Source: an uncultured Sphingomonadaceae bacterium
Lineage (GTDB): Bacteria; Pseudomonadota; Alphaproteobacteria; Sphingomonadales; Sphingomonadaceae
Assembly: GCA_964250105.1 (NCBI GenBank)
Contig: CAXUEV010000001.1
Location: forward strand, 1 to 47,556
Reading direction: 5' to 3'
DNA length: 47,556 nt
The notes beneath the pieces are model-generated. The model was not told where the DNA came from, searched no databases, and worked only from the letters and a program-made list of their open reading frames with translations. Every line of letters starts with the position of its first letter. Within the stretch, counting starts at the first letter, position 1. Below, piece after piece: positions 28,463-38,272 of the stretch. Both the position numbers and the translations under genes were made by a program.

Positions 28463-29658
28463 TGCGCTCGGTGGCACGGCCAGCGACTTTCGGCGACTAC
28501 TTCGAGAACCGCCAAGAACCTGGGCAGGCCGGCCTGCCCGTAGTGTCCGTAACCCAGAATGACGGGCTCGTGCTACGCGATACGAACGATCGCCGGACGG
28601 AGTCGACCTTGGCGCCAAAGGACCATCTGCTCGTTCGTCCAGGCGATATAGCTTACAATATGATGCGCATGTGGCAGGGGGCCTGCGGACTAGCTGATGT
28701 CGATGCGATGGTGAGCCCAGCCTATGTGGTCCTCAAGCCACGAACGAACGTCGATCCGACCTTCGCCTACCAGCTGTTCAAGTCTGAGCGGGTGCTCCAC
28801 CAGCTGTGGGCCTACTCCCATGGACTGACGGAAGATCGGCTGCGGCTGTACTTCGATGATTTCTGCTCAATCCCGATTTTGTTGCCCGACTTGACGGCGC
28901 AGCGCGACATCGGCCGCGCTCTGCTCCGATGGGATACTGCTATTGGCCAAGCTCGTCGCCTAGCGACACTCAAGGAACGCCGCATCTACGGGCTGCTCGC
29001 ACGCTTGATTGGTCGCCACCAAACGGGGCCCATTGAACCGGGGTGGCAGCGCGATGAACTCGGCGCGCTTGCCTCCTTCAAATCGGGCGGCACGCCCGAC
29101 CGAGGCCGCGCCTCATTCTGGGGAGGCAATGTCCCGTGGATCTCCGCCAAGGACCTCAAACGCTTCGAGTTGATCAGCTCGACCGAGCGGCTCACGGAAG
29201 AGGGTGCCGCGAAGCTGACGCGTGTTCAGGCCGGGGCGGTCCTGATCCTTGTCAGGGGGATGGGCCTCTTCAAGGACCTTCCGCTCGGAGTCGCGACGCG
29301 CGACGTCACCTTCAACCAAGACGTAAAAGCGCTTCTTGCGAAGCCAGTTCTAGAGCCGAGATACCTCGCGTATGCGCTTAAAGCGAGCCGCAAGGCGTTG
29401 ATGGACCGCGTCGACAGCGCGGGGCATGGTACCGGCCGCTTGGCAACGGACTTCCTCGAGGCACTGCCGATCTCATTCCCCTCGCGGCCGGAGCAGCAAG
29501 CCATTGTTCGGGTCCTCGACGCAGCGACGGCCGAACACGTCCAGGCGCTGCGCCTGATCGTGGCGCTGGCGAGTGAAAAGCGGGCTGTCGCACAAAGGCT
29601 GCTGCCGTTCGACGAGATCTCTCCACTCAAGAGGCCCCTCGAGGCTGCAACAGCATGA
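28462..29658 (+). CDS. hsdS: Type I R-M specificity subunit (two TRDs)
   Basis: TRD1 (GDIAYN...VSPAY), conserved region (PDLTAQ), TRD2 (GGTP...PWISAKD), conserved region (PSRPEQQAI). TGATG overlap with hsdM. Confidence 0.9.
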   Translation: MRSVARPATFGDYFENRQEPGQAGLPVVSVTQNDGLVLRDTNDRRTESTLAPKDHLLVRPGDIAYNMMRMWQGACGLADVDAMVSPAYVVLKPRTNVDPTFAYQLFKSERVLHQLWAYSHGLTEDRLRLYFDDFCSIPILLPDLTAQRDIGRALLRWDTAIGQARRLATLKERRIYGLLARLIGRHQTGPIEPGWQRDELGALASFKSGGTPDRGRASFWGGNVPWISAKDLKRFELISSTERLTEEGAAKLTRVQAGAVLILVRGMGLFKDLPLGVATRDVTFNQDVKALLAKPVLEPRYLAYALKASRKALMDRVDSAGHGTGRLATDFLEALPISFPSRPEQQAIVRVLDAATAEHVQALRLIVALASEKRAVAQRLLPFDEISPLKRPLEAATA

Positions 29659-32600
29659 GCGAATCTCCAGAGTTCGCCACCTTGGAGGCCGGCAGTGTGC
29701 ATCTCGCGGCCCTAGCCACCCTGTCCGCGTTGGGGTGGCACTATATTGGTCGCGCAGAAGCGGACAGGATGCGCCAGGGTCGGCGCAGCCACGTGCTTCT
29801 CGACGAGGTGCTGCGCAAACAGCTCGCAAGGTTGAACCACATCAACTGGCGCGAGCGTCGACATCTCTTCTCCGAGGCCAGCATCGAAACTGCTCTGAGG
29901 CGCCTGTCCGGGATCCGATACGATGGAGTGCTGCGCACCAACGAGGTTGTCACAGACCTACTCCAGCTCGGGGTCGCTCTTCCGCAGACGATTGACGACA
30001 CCACGCGCGAATGGCCGCTTCGCTACGTAGATTGGGCCGACTGGCGCGCAAACGCCTTCCATATGACAGCCGAGTTTCCGGTAGACTGGCCGAGTGGTGG
30101 ATCGATCCGGCCGGACATCGTGCTCTTCGTGAACGGCATCCCGTTCGCAGTTATCGAGGTGAAATCGTCACGCGAGAAGACGCAGCAAGGCATCACCCAA
30201 ACCATTCGTAACCAGAAGGGCGACGTCGGCTGTCCCAACCTCTTCTTCTCGGTCCAGCTCGTCCTCGCCGCCAATCCCAACGAACCTCGGTACGCGACCG
30301 TTGGCACCCCAGCCAAGTTCTGGTCGGCCTGGCGGGAACGCGAGGATGCACCGGACTTCGTCCAGAAGGTGGTAGCACGTCCGCTAGACCCGATCGAAGC
30401 CAAGCACATATTCGAGGACTTCGCGCCGTATCGGCGACGCTTCGAGGCGCTTCTCGGACAGGGTCGCGCGCCGACTAAACTCGACGAAACACTAGCGGCT
30501 CTGTTTCGGCCTGAGCGCCTCCTCGACATGGCGCGCCGTTTCACCCTGTTCGACGGACCCGTAAAGAAGGTTGCCCGACATCAGCAGGTGTTCGCCATCA
30601 AGAGCGTTATCGCCCGTGTCGGTAGATTGGAGAATGGGCGGCGCGCGGGAGGGGTCGTCTGGCACACCCAGGGATCCGGAAAGTCCCTGACGATGGTCAT
30701 GTTGGCGCGAGCCCTGACCGCTTCCGTGCCCGGCGCACGCCTCGTGCTCGTAACCGACCGGACTGATCTCGACGACCAGATCGCTCGCACGTTTGCCTCG
30801 ACCGGTCTCGCGCCGCAACGCGCCCGAACCGGTGAGCACCTGATCGAGCTGATCCAGGAACGCGCCCGTGTCGTGACGACGGTAATCCACAAGTTCCGGG
30901 CCGCGCTTGGAAAGCGCCGGGTCGTGGACCGCAGCACAGACATCTTCGTACTCGTGGACGAGAGCCATCGTAGCCAATACGGCGACCTCGACAGTCTGCA
31001 CGCGCGGATGCGCGAGGTTTTCCCTGAGGCTTGTTTCATCGGCTTCACGGGCACGCCGATCGCCAAGCGCGAGCGCAACACCTTTCGCCAATTTGGCCCC
31101 CTCTTTGACCCCGTTTATTCAATGCGGGATGCGGTGACGGACGAAGCCGTCGTGCCGCTCTTGTACGAAGGCCGCCACGTCGAAGAAGATGTCGACGAGC
31201 GCGCAATCGACATCTGGTTCGAGCGCGTTACGCGAGGACTCACCTCCGCTCAGGCCAATGACCTGAAGCGGAAGATGAGCCGCCCTAAATCGGTGGCCGG
31301 CGTCGCCGCTCGGCTGAAATGCATCGCGTTCGACGTCAGCAGTCATTTCTCCGAGACGTTCAAGGGATCGGGGCTCAAGGGCCAGCTCGTCGCTCCTTCG
31401 AAGCGCGACGCGATCGTCTTGAAGCAGCTGATCGACGATTTCGGCGACATCTCAGCGGAAGTCATCATCTCAGCGCCAGATCAACGCGAGGGCGACACCG
31501 AGATCGACGAAGCCACCGACAACGACGTTGTCGCATTCTGGCGGCGAATGATGGCCCGCTATCGGGGAGAGGAGGCGTACAACAAGGGGATTATCGAGGC
31601 TTTCAAGGGCCCTAGCGATCCCGATCTGCTGATCGTGGTCGACAAGCTGCTGACGGGGTTCGATGCTCCGCGGAATACGGTGCTCTACCTGGCGAAGCCG
31701 CTCAGGGAACATACCTTGTTGCAGGCGATCGCTCGAGTGAACCGCATCTTCGATGAGGAAGGCGCACCTCCAAAGCCCTTCGGCTACATCGTTGACTATT
31801 GCGGTGTGCTGCGAAACCTCGGTGAAGCGCTCAGTGCGAACGATGCACTCGCGAGCTTCGATGAAGAGGATCTGGCAAAAGCGCTCACAAGCGTCGCCGA
31901 GGAGGCGCGCCAGCTTCCCTCACTTCACGCCGGCCTGCTCGATCTGTTCAGCGGCATCACCAATCGTTTCGACGAAGAAGCCTATGCGAAGGCGCTGATC
32001 GACGAGGCCTTGCGCGAGGAATTCTATCGACGGCTGTACGCGTTCTCACGCTGCCTTACGGTCGCGTTGTCATCACGCGTCTTCTTGGAGGAGACCCCAG
32101 TAGACCGGCTCCAGCGGTGGCGTGCTGATGAGAAGCGCTTCCTCGCCCTCAAGGAGCATGTCAGGGCGAGGTACGCGGAGAGGGTCGACTGGACAGACTA
32201 TGAGCACCGTGTGCGTGCGTTGCTTGACCAGCACGTCACCGCCCATGAGGTCGTCACGATCGTGGAGCCGCTCAACGTCTTCGATGACGGGGCGATAGAC
32301 GCGGCGCGCGCTAGCAAGGTGCGCTCCGATGCATCCGTAGCAGACGAGATTGCGCACCGCGCGCTGCAGGCTATTGAGGAAAAGTGGGAGCAGGACCCCG
32401 TCTTTTTCGAGAAGTTCTCGAAGTTGATCCGCGACGCGATCGATGCGTTCCGGCGAGGGCGGCTGGAAGAGCAAGCCTACCTGGCAGAGGTCCGCCGACT
32501 GCGAGACGCGGCCGAACGGCGCGAGGACGCCGATGATCCAACGCCCGAAGCTATCCGTGGCAAGAGCCATCAAACGGCGTTCTGGGGCATTGCACGCCGA

Positions 32601-32870
32601 GAGCTGGCCAAAGCCGGCTTCGACAAAGAAGATGTAGCGGTCGACGTTGCGGAAGCGGTGACGCGCATCGTGGCTCAACACCGTGTCGTTGGTTGGCAGA
32701 ACGATCGGGACGTCGAGAACAGAATTCGGAACGACATCGACGACTTCTTCTTCGACGAAATCGTGGGTCGTCGTAGGTTCGTCATTGATGCCGGCGTTCT
32801 CGACGCGATCATGGACGACGTGATCGCTTCGGCTCGCGTGCGGATGGCGGATGATGGTCGTGTCCGCTGA
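29655..32870 (+). CDS. hsdR: Type I R-M restriction subunit
   Basis: RPDIVLFVNGIP...IEVK nuclease motif, HTQGSGKS, DESHR, FTGTP, LLTGFDAP and QAIARVNR. Confidence 0.96.
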   Translation: MSESPEFATLEAGSVHLAALATLSALGWHYIGRAEADRMRQGRRSHVLLDEVLRKQLARLNHINWRERRHLFSEASIETALRRLSGIRYDGVLRTNEVVTDLLQLGVALPQTIDDTTREWPLRYVDWADWRANAFHMTAEFPVDWPSGGSIRPDIVLFVNGIPFAVIEVKSSREKTQQGITQTIRNQKGDVGCPNLFFSVQLVLAANPNEPRYATVGTPAKFWSAWREREDAPDFVQKVVARPLDPIEAKHIFEDFAPYRRRFEALLGQGRAPTKLDETLAALFRPERLLDMARRFTLFDGPVKKVARHQQVFAIKSVIARVGRLENGRRAGGVVWHTQGSGKSLTMVMLARALTASVPGARLVLVTDRTDLDDQIARTFASTGLAPQRARTGEHLIELIQERARVVTTVIHKFRAALGKRRVVDRSTDIFVLVDESHRSQYGDLDSLHARMREVFPEACFIGFTGTPIAKRERNTFRQFGPLFDPVYSMRDAVTDEAVVPLLYEGRHVEEDVDERAIDIWFERVTRGLTSAQANDLKRKMSRPKSVAGVAARLKCIAFDVSSHFSETFKGSGLKGQLVAPSKRDAIVLKQLIDDFGDISAEVIISAPDQREGDTEIDEATDNDVVAFWRRMMARYRGEEAYNKGIIEAFKGPSDPDLLIVVDKLLTGFDAPRNTVLYLAKPLREHTLLQAIARVNRIFDEEGAPPKPFGYIVDYCGVLRNLGEALSANDALASFDEEDLAKALTSVAEEARQLPSLHAGLLDLFSGITNRFDEEAYAKALIDEALREEFYRRLYAFSRCLTVALSSRVFLEETPVDRLQRWRADEKRFLALKEHVRARYAERVDWTDYEHRVRALLDQHVTAHEVVTIVEPLNVFDDGAIDAARASKVRSDASVADEIAHRALQAIEEKWEQDPVFFEKFSKLIRDAIDAFRRGRLEEQAYLAEVRRLRDAAERREDADDPTPEAIRGKSHQTAFWGIARRELAKAGFDKEDVAVDVAEAVTRIVAQHRVVGWQNDRDVENRIRNDIDDFFFDEIVGRRRFVIDAGVLDAIMDDVIASARVRMADDGRVR

Positions 32871-33567
32871 CCTTGCATTCGACTGGGGTGGCGCATCGAT
32901 CCCCCTTCGCGTCCAGCGCAGCGCGCGCAACGTGCTTCGAATTGCGGTGACCCCAGAAGGGAACGTCGAAGTCGTGGCGCCGCTGGCGGCGACTGACGCC
33001 GATATCGTCGCGCGGGTCCGCAGGCGCGCGTCCTGGATCACTCGTCAACTGGTAAGGTTCGAACGTTGGCGTCCGCGAACCCCTCCGCGCCAATATGAGA
33101 GTGGCGAGACCCACCTCGTCCTCGGCCGACCTTACCGGCTCCTCATTCAACGCGGACCAACGGACGTGCGGCTCGATGGGGGCCGGCTAATCCTTGCCCT
33201 TCCAGCCGAGCGCGACCTGACCTTTCGTCGTGCGCTGATCCGACACTGGTATCGGGTTCAGGCGCACCGGATCTTTCCGGAACGGCTCGATGCGATGCTG
33301 CCGCCGTTTGAACGGCAGGGCGTGCATCGACCCCGCCTTGTCATTCGTGAGATGACCCACCGTTGGGGAAGTTTCACGCCGAAAGGGACGCTGGTTTTGA
33401 ACCTTGAACTCGTCCGCGCCTCTCCGTCCTACATCGACTACGTCATAGCGCACGAACTCGCGCATGCTCTCCACCCCGATCACGGTCACGAATGGGTCGA
33501 GCTCCTGACCCGCCTGATGCCCGATTGGCGGACGCGCAAAGACGATCTCGAGCGCGAGCTTCTGTAA
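32851..33567 (+). CDS. YgjP/DUF45-like zinc metalloprotein (SprT/M48-like HExxH)
   Basis: YESGETHLVLG, RWGS, DYVIAHELAH...H motifs. Common neighbour of hsdR. Confidence 0.85.
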   Translation: MMVVSADLAFDWGGASIPLRVQRSARNVLRIAVTPEGNVEVVAPLAATDADIVARVRRRASWITRQLVRFERWRPRTPPRQYESGETHLVLGRPYRLLIQRGPTDVRLDGGRLILALPAERDLTFRRALIRHWYRVQAHRIFPERLDAMLPPFERQGVHRPRLVIREMTHRWGSFTPKGTLVLNLELVRASPSYIDYVIAHELAHALHPDHGHEWVELLTRLMPDWRTRKDDLERELL

Positions 33568-33674
33568 CGGCACTAAGAGTAGCCATGCTACAGACCGGCT
33601 CACAAGCGCGAATAAATTTGCTTTCGGCGGCGACCTTCGCTGCTACAGGTGAGTTCAAGGCAGAGGAGCTGATC

Positions 33675-34513
33675 ATGTCCATACCGCGGTCGGAGTTTGC
33701 TAACGGAGAGTGGTTCGATCGCGTCACGATCGAGTTCCCGGAGGGTCTCGCGCTTCGCAAGCGCGAAGCTGGGTGCATGACGCGCTGATCCGCGCGCACG
33801 GTTTCAGTACCGCACGCCGCCTCACCAAACGCGTCGCAGTCTCGGGCGGCCGGTTCCGCGTAGCGATTGCCCGCCGCGTGATGAAGCCGCTGCTCCGCCG
33901 GCTGCGTCTCCTCATCAACGCAGGACTGATCCGGGTTTTTGTAGCTGGCCGACGCGTCGATGCGACGAGCTGAGCGGTGGTCGCTTGGTCCGAGTGGCTG
34001 CGTGACTGGCGACAGGTGGCTGAGGCCGTTGCTGAGGGGCACTACGAATCCATCATTATGACGCACGCAGAGCAGGACTATGACGTCCTACATATCTCCG
34101 GCTTCGATGCTGAGATCGACGGAGATCGGAGCGTTGTCCGAACCGCCGCTCGCGATTTCGACGACAGGGTTGCTCTCTTTACCCGCCGCACTCGCGACAT
34201 CGGACTTATCCGGTTGATCTGCATCAGGGGGCGACCGCGTTTTGTCCTCGAACCAGGCGCCGACGCTTTGGAGTGGGCGGCCAACGTCGAGGGTGTTACA
34301 GTCCGCGAACTGACGCAGTCGGCGCGAGATGGCGCCCTCGGGCGCCGGGTCGCGCGTCTGGTTCGACATGCAACAAGAACGTCGCGCGAGCGACTCGATG
34401 CCGAGCTTCAGGCCCTGCGTGAGCGTGTGGAGGACCTCGAAACCGAAGCCGATACGCTCAGGGCGGAATTTCGACGTCGGGAGACCGCGCTGGCGCGACG
34501 CGGGAGCAGCTAG
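33675..34513 (+). pseudogene. Hypothetical gene, apparently disrupted, with a C-terminal coiled coil
   Basis: GAGGAG RBS before the ATG at 33675. Short frames 33675-33788, about 33770-33973 and 33977-34513; the last two are in frame across one TGA. Heptad-like tail LDAELQALRERVEDLETEADTLRAEF. Confidence 0.35.
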
Positions 34514-34521
34514 CGGGTCGT

Positions 34522-35735
34522 CTAAACGCGCGGCTTTCCGATCGCCTTCAACACCCGCCGCGTCTCCACGCGGAGAAGCAGTTCATCGTCCAGAGTGAGG
34601 ATCCTCGCGTGCATCGTGGCGATCCGCACCGGAAACAGGCGCTGGAACGATTCGCGTACGTCCTCCGGCCGCCCGAACACCGGCTTGAATACCTTGGCCC
34701 AGTTATCCTTCCGCTCGATGATCGCACGATAGTCCGTAAAATCAGCGTACTCGATCAGCGCCTGCTCGGCCTCTCCCGCCTTCACGGCCTTGTCGCGCTT
34801 GTCGTGCCACGAATCCAACATGTTCCCAGGGAGCTGGTGCTTCATCCAGTCCTCACCGAATGCTTCTCGCATGACGCGTTCGATGAACCCCCGCATCGCG
34901 ACCTCGAAACGCCGCAGCTGAGTGAACGCCAGGGTCGCACGGGCAGATCCATCGTCATCCGTTCCGGCCGGCTCAGGTTCGTCGAGCCCGCCTTGCCGGA
35001 GGCTTTCTCCGAAGGCCGGCACCGTGAAGTCCGTGAGCGACGGGTCAAGCCCGCGCTCGTAATAGAAGCCGGTCCGCAACACGGGGTCTGTCACAAGATC
35101 AAACGACGGCGTGACTAGGTCGCGCCAGTCGCCGAGACTCGGCCTCAGCGCGTCGACGATGCCCCGCTGAACGGGTTCGCCGTTTGCAGAGCGCGGCCGA
35201 TCCCCATGATGTCGGCAAAAGCGCGAGCCGAGCGGACCTCGTCCTCGATGCTCACCCAAGGCGCCCGAACCTGTCCCATAGCGTCGCGCAGGCTGTTGGG
35301 CTCGGCCAAAAATTCGCGGGCGATCCGGCTGGCACTCATCGCCTCGGTGGCAAGCCGTCCGGTCTCATCCGAGCCAGGCAGCCGGAAGAGCCCTTCATAA
35401 CTCGCGCGGGCGTCCATAACGGAGGCCAGCGACTTACGGATGTCCGAGCCCGGGTCGAGCAGGCCGCTGCGCCTCGCCTCCTCGATCGGACCCTCCACAA
35501 GCTTGCGCTGCCGTTCAAACTCGCTCGCGAGCGACGCGGCCTCCCCCACATCAGGCATTGTAAACCCTGCGAGCAGCCGGCGTCGCTCTTCCTCCTGGCG
35601 CAGAAACTCCAAAGTCGTCGAGCCGACACCGAGCTGCTGGAAGGCGACCGCTTGCCGACGCAGATCACCGAACGGATCAGCGAGCCTGCGCAAGCGCTCC
35701 TGATCTTCCCAGAGCCGGCGAAAACTGTCCGACAT
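34522..35735 (-). pseudogene. Swt1-like HEPN-domain protein split by a single-base frameshift
   Basis: C-terminal FEVAMR...IEYADF...NW...F...RIATMH (Rx4H). The N-terminal frame ends at ...NPFSG; one extra G in the G4 run (CCCC at 35162-35165 on +) joins the two ORFs into about 404 aa. Confidence 0.7.
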
Positions 35736-35887
35736 GCCCGACTTCTCCTTCACTGCAACACTCATTCGGGGTCGGGCGATGGTCAACTGAAGATCTGACG
35801 CCCGCTCCACAGACCTTCCGTCGCATGCGGCGCGACGTGTCCGAGCATTCGTGGCATGATCAACGACGACTCGTGGGTGGGGGCCTT

Positions 35888-37027
35888 ATGTCGAACAACT
35901 ATGCCGGGCTGCGTCGTGACCTCGCCAAAGAGGACGGCGTAGTCGAGCGTTGCGCCGAGCGGCTCCTCGCGATTCGCGAACGTCTGGCTCCCGTCCGTGC
36001 CCGCAAGAGCGATAGCGCACTCCTCCTCGCGACCTGGAACATCCGCGACTTCGACTCGAACAAGTTCGGCTGGGGGCCGCGGCTACCGGAAACCTTTTAC
36101 TACCTCGCCGAGATGATCTCCTGCTTCGACCTGGTCGCGATCCAGGAAGTAAACGAAGACCTCGGCCCGTTCCGCAAGCTGATGCGAATTCTCGGGCGGG
36201 AATGGGATTATATCGTCACCGACGTGACGGAAGGCTCGGGCGGCAACGGCGAGCGTATGGCGTTCGTGTTCAATACAAAGAAGGTCTGGTTTCGAAAAAT
36301 TGCGGGCGAGATCGTCCTACCGAACGGGCAGCTCGTCGTCGCGCGCAAGAAGGTCAAGCCGAAGGACCAGCCCGAAATCCCGGCGACCACGGTCGAAATC
36401 CAGCAACAATTCGCTAGGAGTCCCTTTCTCGTTGCCTTTCAGTCCGGCTGGTTCCGCTTCAGCCTGTGTACCGTGCACATCTATTATGGCGACGACTCAG
36501 GCGATCAGCTTCAGCAGCGGATCGACGAAATCCGTAAGCTCGTCGCCTTCTTTGCCAAGCGTCAGGACGCTGCAACGCCCGACACGGACCACCTCGGCCA
36601 GACCGAAAACTACATCCTGCTCGGCGACTTCAACGTGGTGAGTCCAGAGCACGAAACCATGGCCGCGCTGCAGAGCAAAGGTTTCAAGGTTCCGCCGGAG
36701 ATCGACGGTGACAAGGTGCGCCAGTCAGGAAACCACTTCTACGACCAGATCGCCGTGCGAGTGAAGGACAAGCGGTTCAAGATTATCGGTGGCGGCATGG
36801 TCCAGCTGTTCGACGATGTCTTCAGGGACGATGACCTCGACACCTATGCCGCTCACATCCCCGCGCAGGACCCTGAAAAGAAAACGAAATTTAAGGCGAC
36901 CACGCCCGAAGGCCGTTACCGCAAGTGGCGCACGTGGCAGATGTCCGATCACGCACCGCTTTGGATCGAGCTTCGGACCGATTTTGCGGATGATTACCTC
37001 GAGGAGATTGCCGGGCAGCCCGCCTGA
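35888..37027 (+). CDS. Endonuclease/exonuclease/phosphatase (DNase I-like) family protein
   Basis: ATWNI, AIQEV, TVHIY, LGDFN, YDQI and SDHAP motifs. No obvious signal peptide. Confidence 0.88.
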   Translation: MSNNYAGLRRDLAKEDGVVERCAERLLAIRERLAPVRARKSDSALLLATWNIRDFDSNKFGWGPRLPETFYYLAEMISCFDLVAIQEVNEDLGPFRKLMRILGREWDYIVTDVTEGSGGNGERMAFVFNTKKVWFRKIAGEIVLPNGQLVVARKKVKPKDQPEIPATTVEIQQQFARSPFLVAFQSGWFRFSLCTVHIYYGDDSGDQLQQRIDEIRKLVAFFAKRQDAATPDTDHLGQTENYILLGDFNVVSPEHETMAALQSKGFKVPPEIDGDKVRQSGNHFYDQIAVRVKDKRFKIIGGGMVQLFDDVFRDDDLDTYAAHIPAQDPEKKTKFKATTPEGRYRKWRTWQMSDHAPLWIELRTDFADDYLEEIAGQPA

Positions 37028-37140
37028 CGGCGCATATGGGAGGGGAACGCCTTCCCCTGCGGCCGCACCCGAGGTTTCGGCTGACCCCTTCTGCGGGGCT
37101 GGCCCCGCAACGCCCCGAGAGTGCGAGGGCCGCGGCGATA

Positions 37141-37200
37141 CCGCGACGGGTTTGAGGGTCGAGAGAGTGGCTCACGGCCGGCCCGTCGCGGAGACCCGCG
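37141..37200 (+). repeat. Conserved leader hairpin motif, copy 1 (before ardC)
   Basis: CCGCGACGGG (37141-37150) pairs perfectly with CCCGTCGCGG (37182-37191). The loop contains GGTCGAGAGAG. GGAG RBS at 37190-37193. Confidence 0.7.
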
Positions 37201-38160
37201 ATGCCTCAAGCCTCCTCCCGGCCAGCCTCGATGCCGGAGCGCGCCAACTTGTACGACGAGATCACCACCCGCATCATCGGTGAGCTCGAGGCGGGCAAGC
37301 TGCCCTGGGTCCAGCCCTGGGGCGCGTCGGGCGTCGCCGCCCCGCTCGCCATGCCGAGGAACGCCAGCACCGGCCGCGGCTACTCCGGCATCAACGTGCT
37401 GATCCTGTGGGGTGCGGTGATCGCGCGCGGCTTCTCGTGCCAGAGCTGGCTCACCTTTCGCCAAGCGCTGGTGCTCGGCGGCTGCGTCCGCAAGGGCGAG
37501 CGCGGCACGACCGTCGTCTATGCAGACCGGTTCGTGCCGGACGACGAGAAGCGACGCGCGCGGGAGACCGGCGACGACGCGCACGCGATCCCGTTCCTGA
37601 AGCGGTTCACGGTGTTCTCGGTCGACCAGTGCGACGGCCTACCCGGAGACCTCGTCACTGCGCCGCCGCCGGTGCCCGAGGGCCTGATCGCGCCGGAGGT
37701 GGAAGCGATGATCCGGGCGAGCGGCGCCGATGTCCGGCTCGGCGGCGACAAGGCATTCTACTCGCCCGCGCTAGACTATGTGCAGGTGCCCCGGCCCGAG
37801 GCGTACTTCGAGCCGATAAACTGGCATCGCACCGCCGTCCACGAGCTCGGTCACTGGACCGGCCACGCGTCGCGGCTCGGCCGCGACATGTCCGGCGCGT
37901 TCGGCTCGAAGAAATACGGGCAGGAGGAGCTGGTGGCGGAGCTCACCGCCGCCTTCTGCCTCGCCACGCTCGGCATCGTGCCGACGGTGCGCCACGCCGA
38001 CTACATCGGCGCCTGGCTCGACATCTTGCTCGAGGACAATCGCGCGATCGTGCGTGCCGCGTCGGCGGCGTCGAAGGCGGCCGACTACCTGCTCGCGTTT
38101 CGGCCCGGCGCCACTCAGGCCGAGCCCGACCTCTGCGACGAGGAGCGGCTCGCCGCCTGA
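37201..38160 (+). CDS. ardC: ArdC-like ssDNA-binding antirestriction protein (DUF1738 plus zincin-like domain)
   Basis: PWVQPW, YSGINV, WLTFRQA, VRKGERG, HELGHWTG, EELVAE and ADYIGAW motifs. Confidence 0.92.
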   Translation: MPQASSRPASMPERANLYDEITTRIIGELEAGKLPWVQPWGASGVAAPLAMPRNASTGRGYSGINVLILWGAVIARGFSCQSWLTFRQALVLGGCVRKGERGTTVVYADRFVPDDEKRRARETGDDAHAIPFLKRFTVFSVDQCDGLPGDLVTAPPPVPEGLIAPEVEAMIRASGADVRLGGDKAFYSPALDYVQVPRPEAYFEPINWHRTAVHELGHWTGHASRLGRDMSGAFGSKKYGQEELVAELTAAFCLATLGIVPTVRHADYIGAWLDILLEDNRAIVRAASAASKAADYLLAFRPGATQAEPDLCDEERLAA

Positions 38161-38272
38161 CGGCGACCAGACCGACGGGTCCGCGGCAATCCGCAGAAGC
38201 GGCATTCCTGCTTTGCGCTTTCTCTTACCCCCGGTTCTCCGGCGCGGCGCTCTTCAGAGGAAGAGGGCTGCG

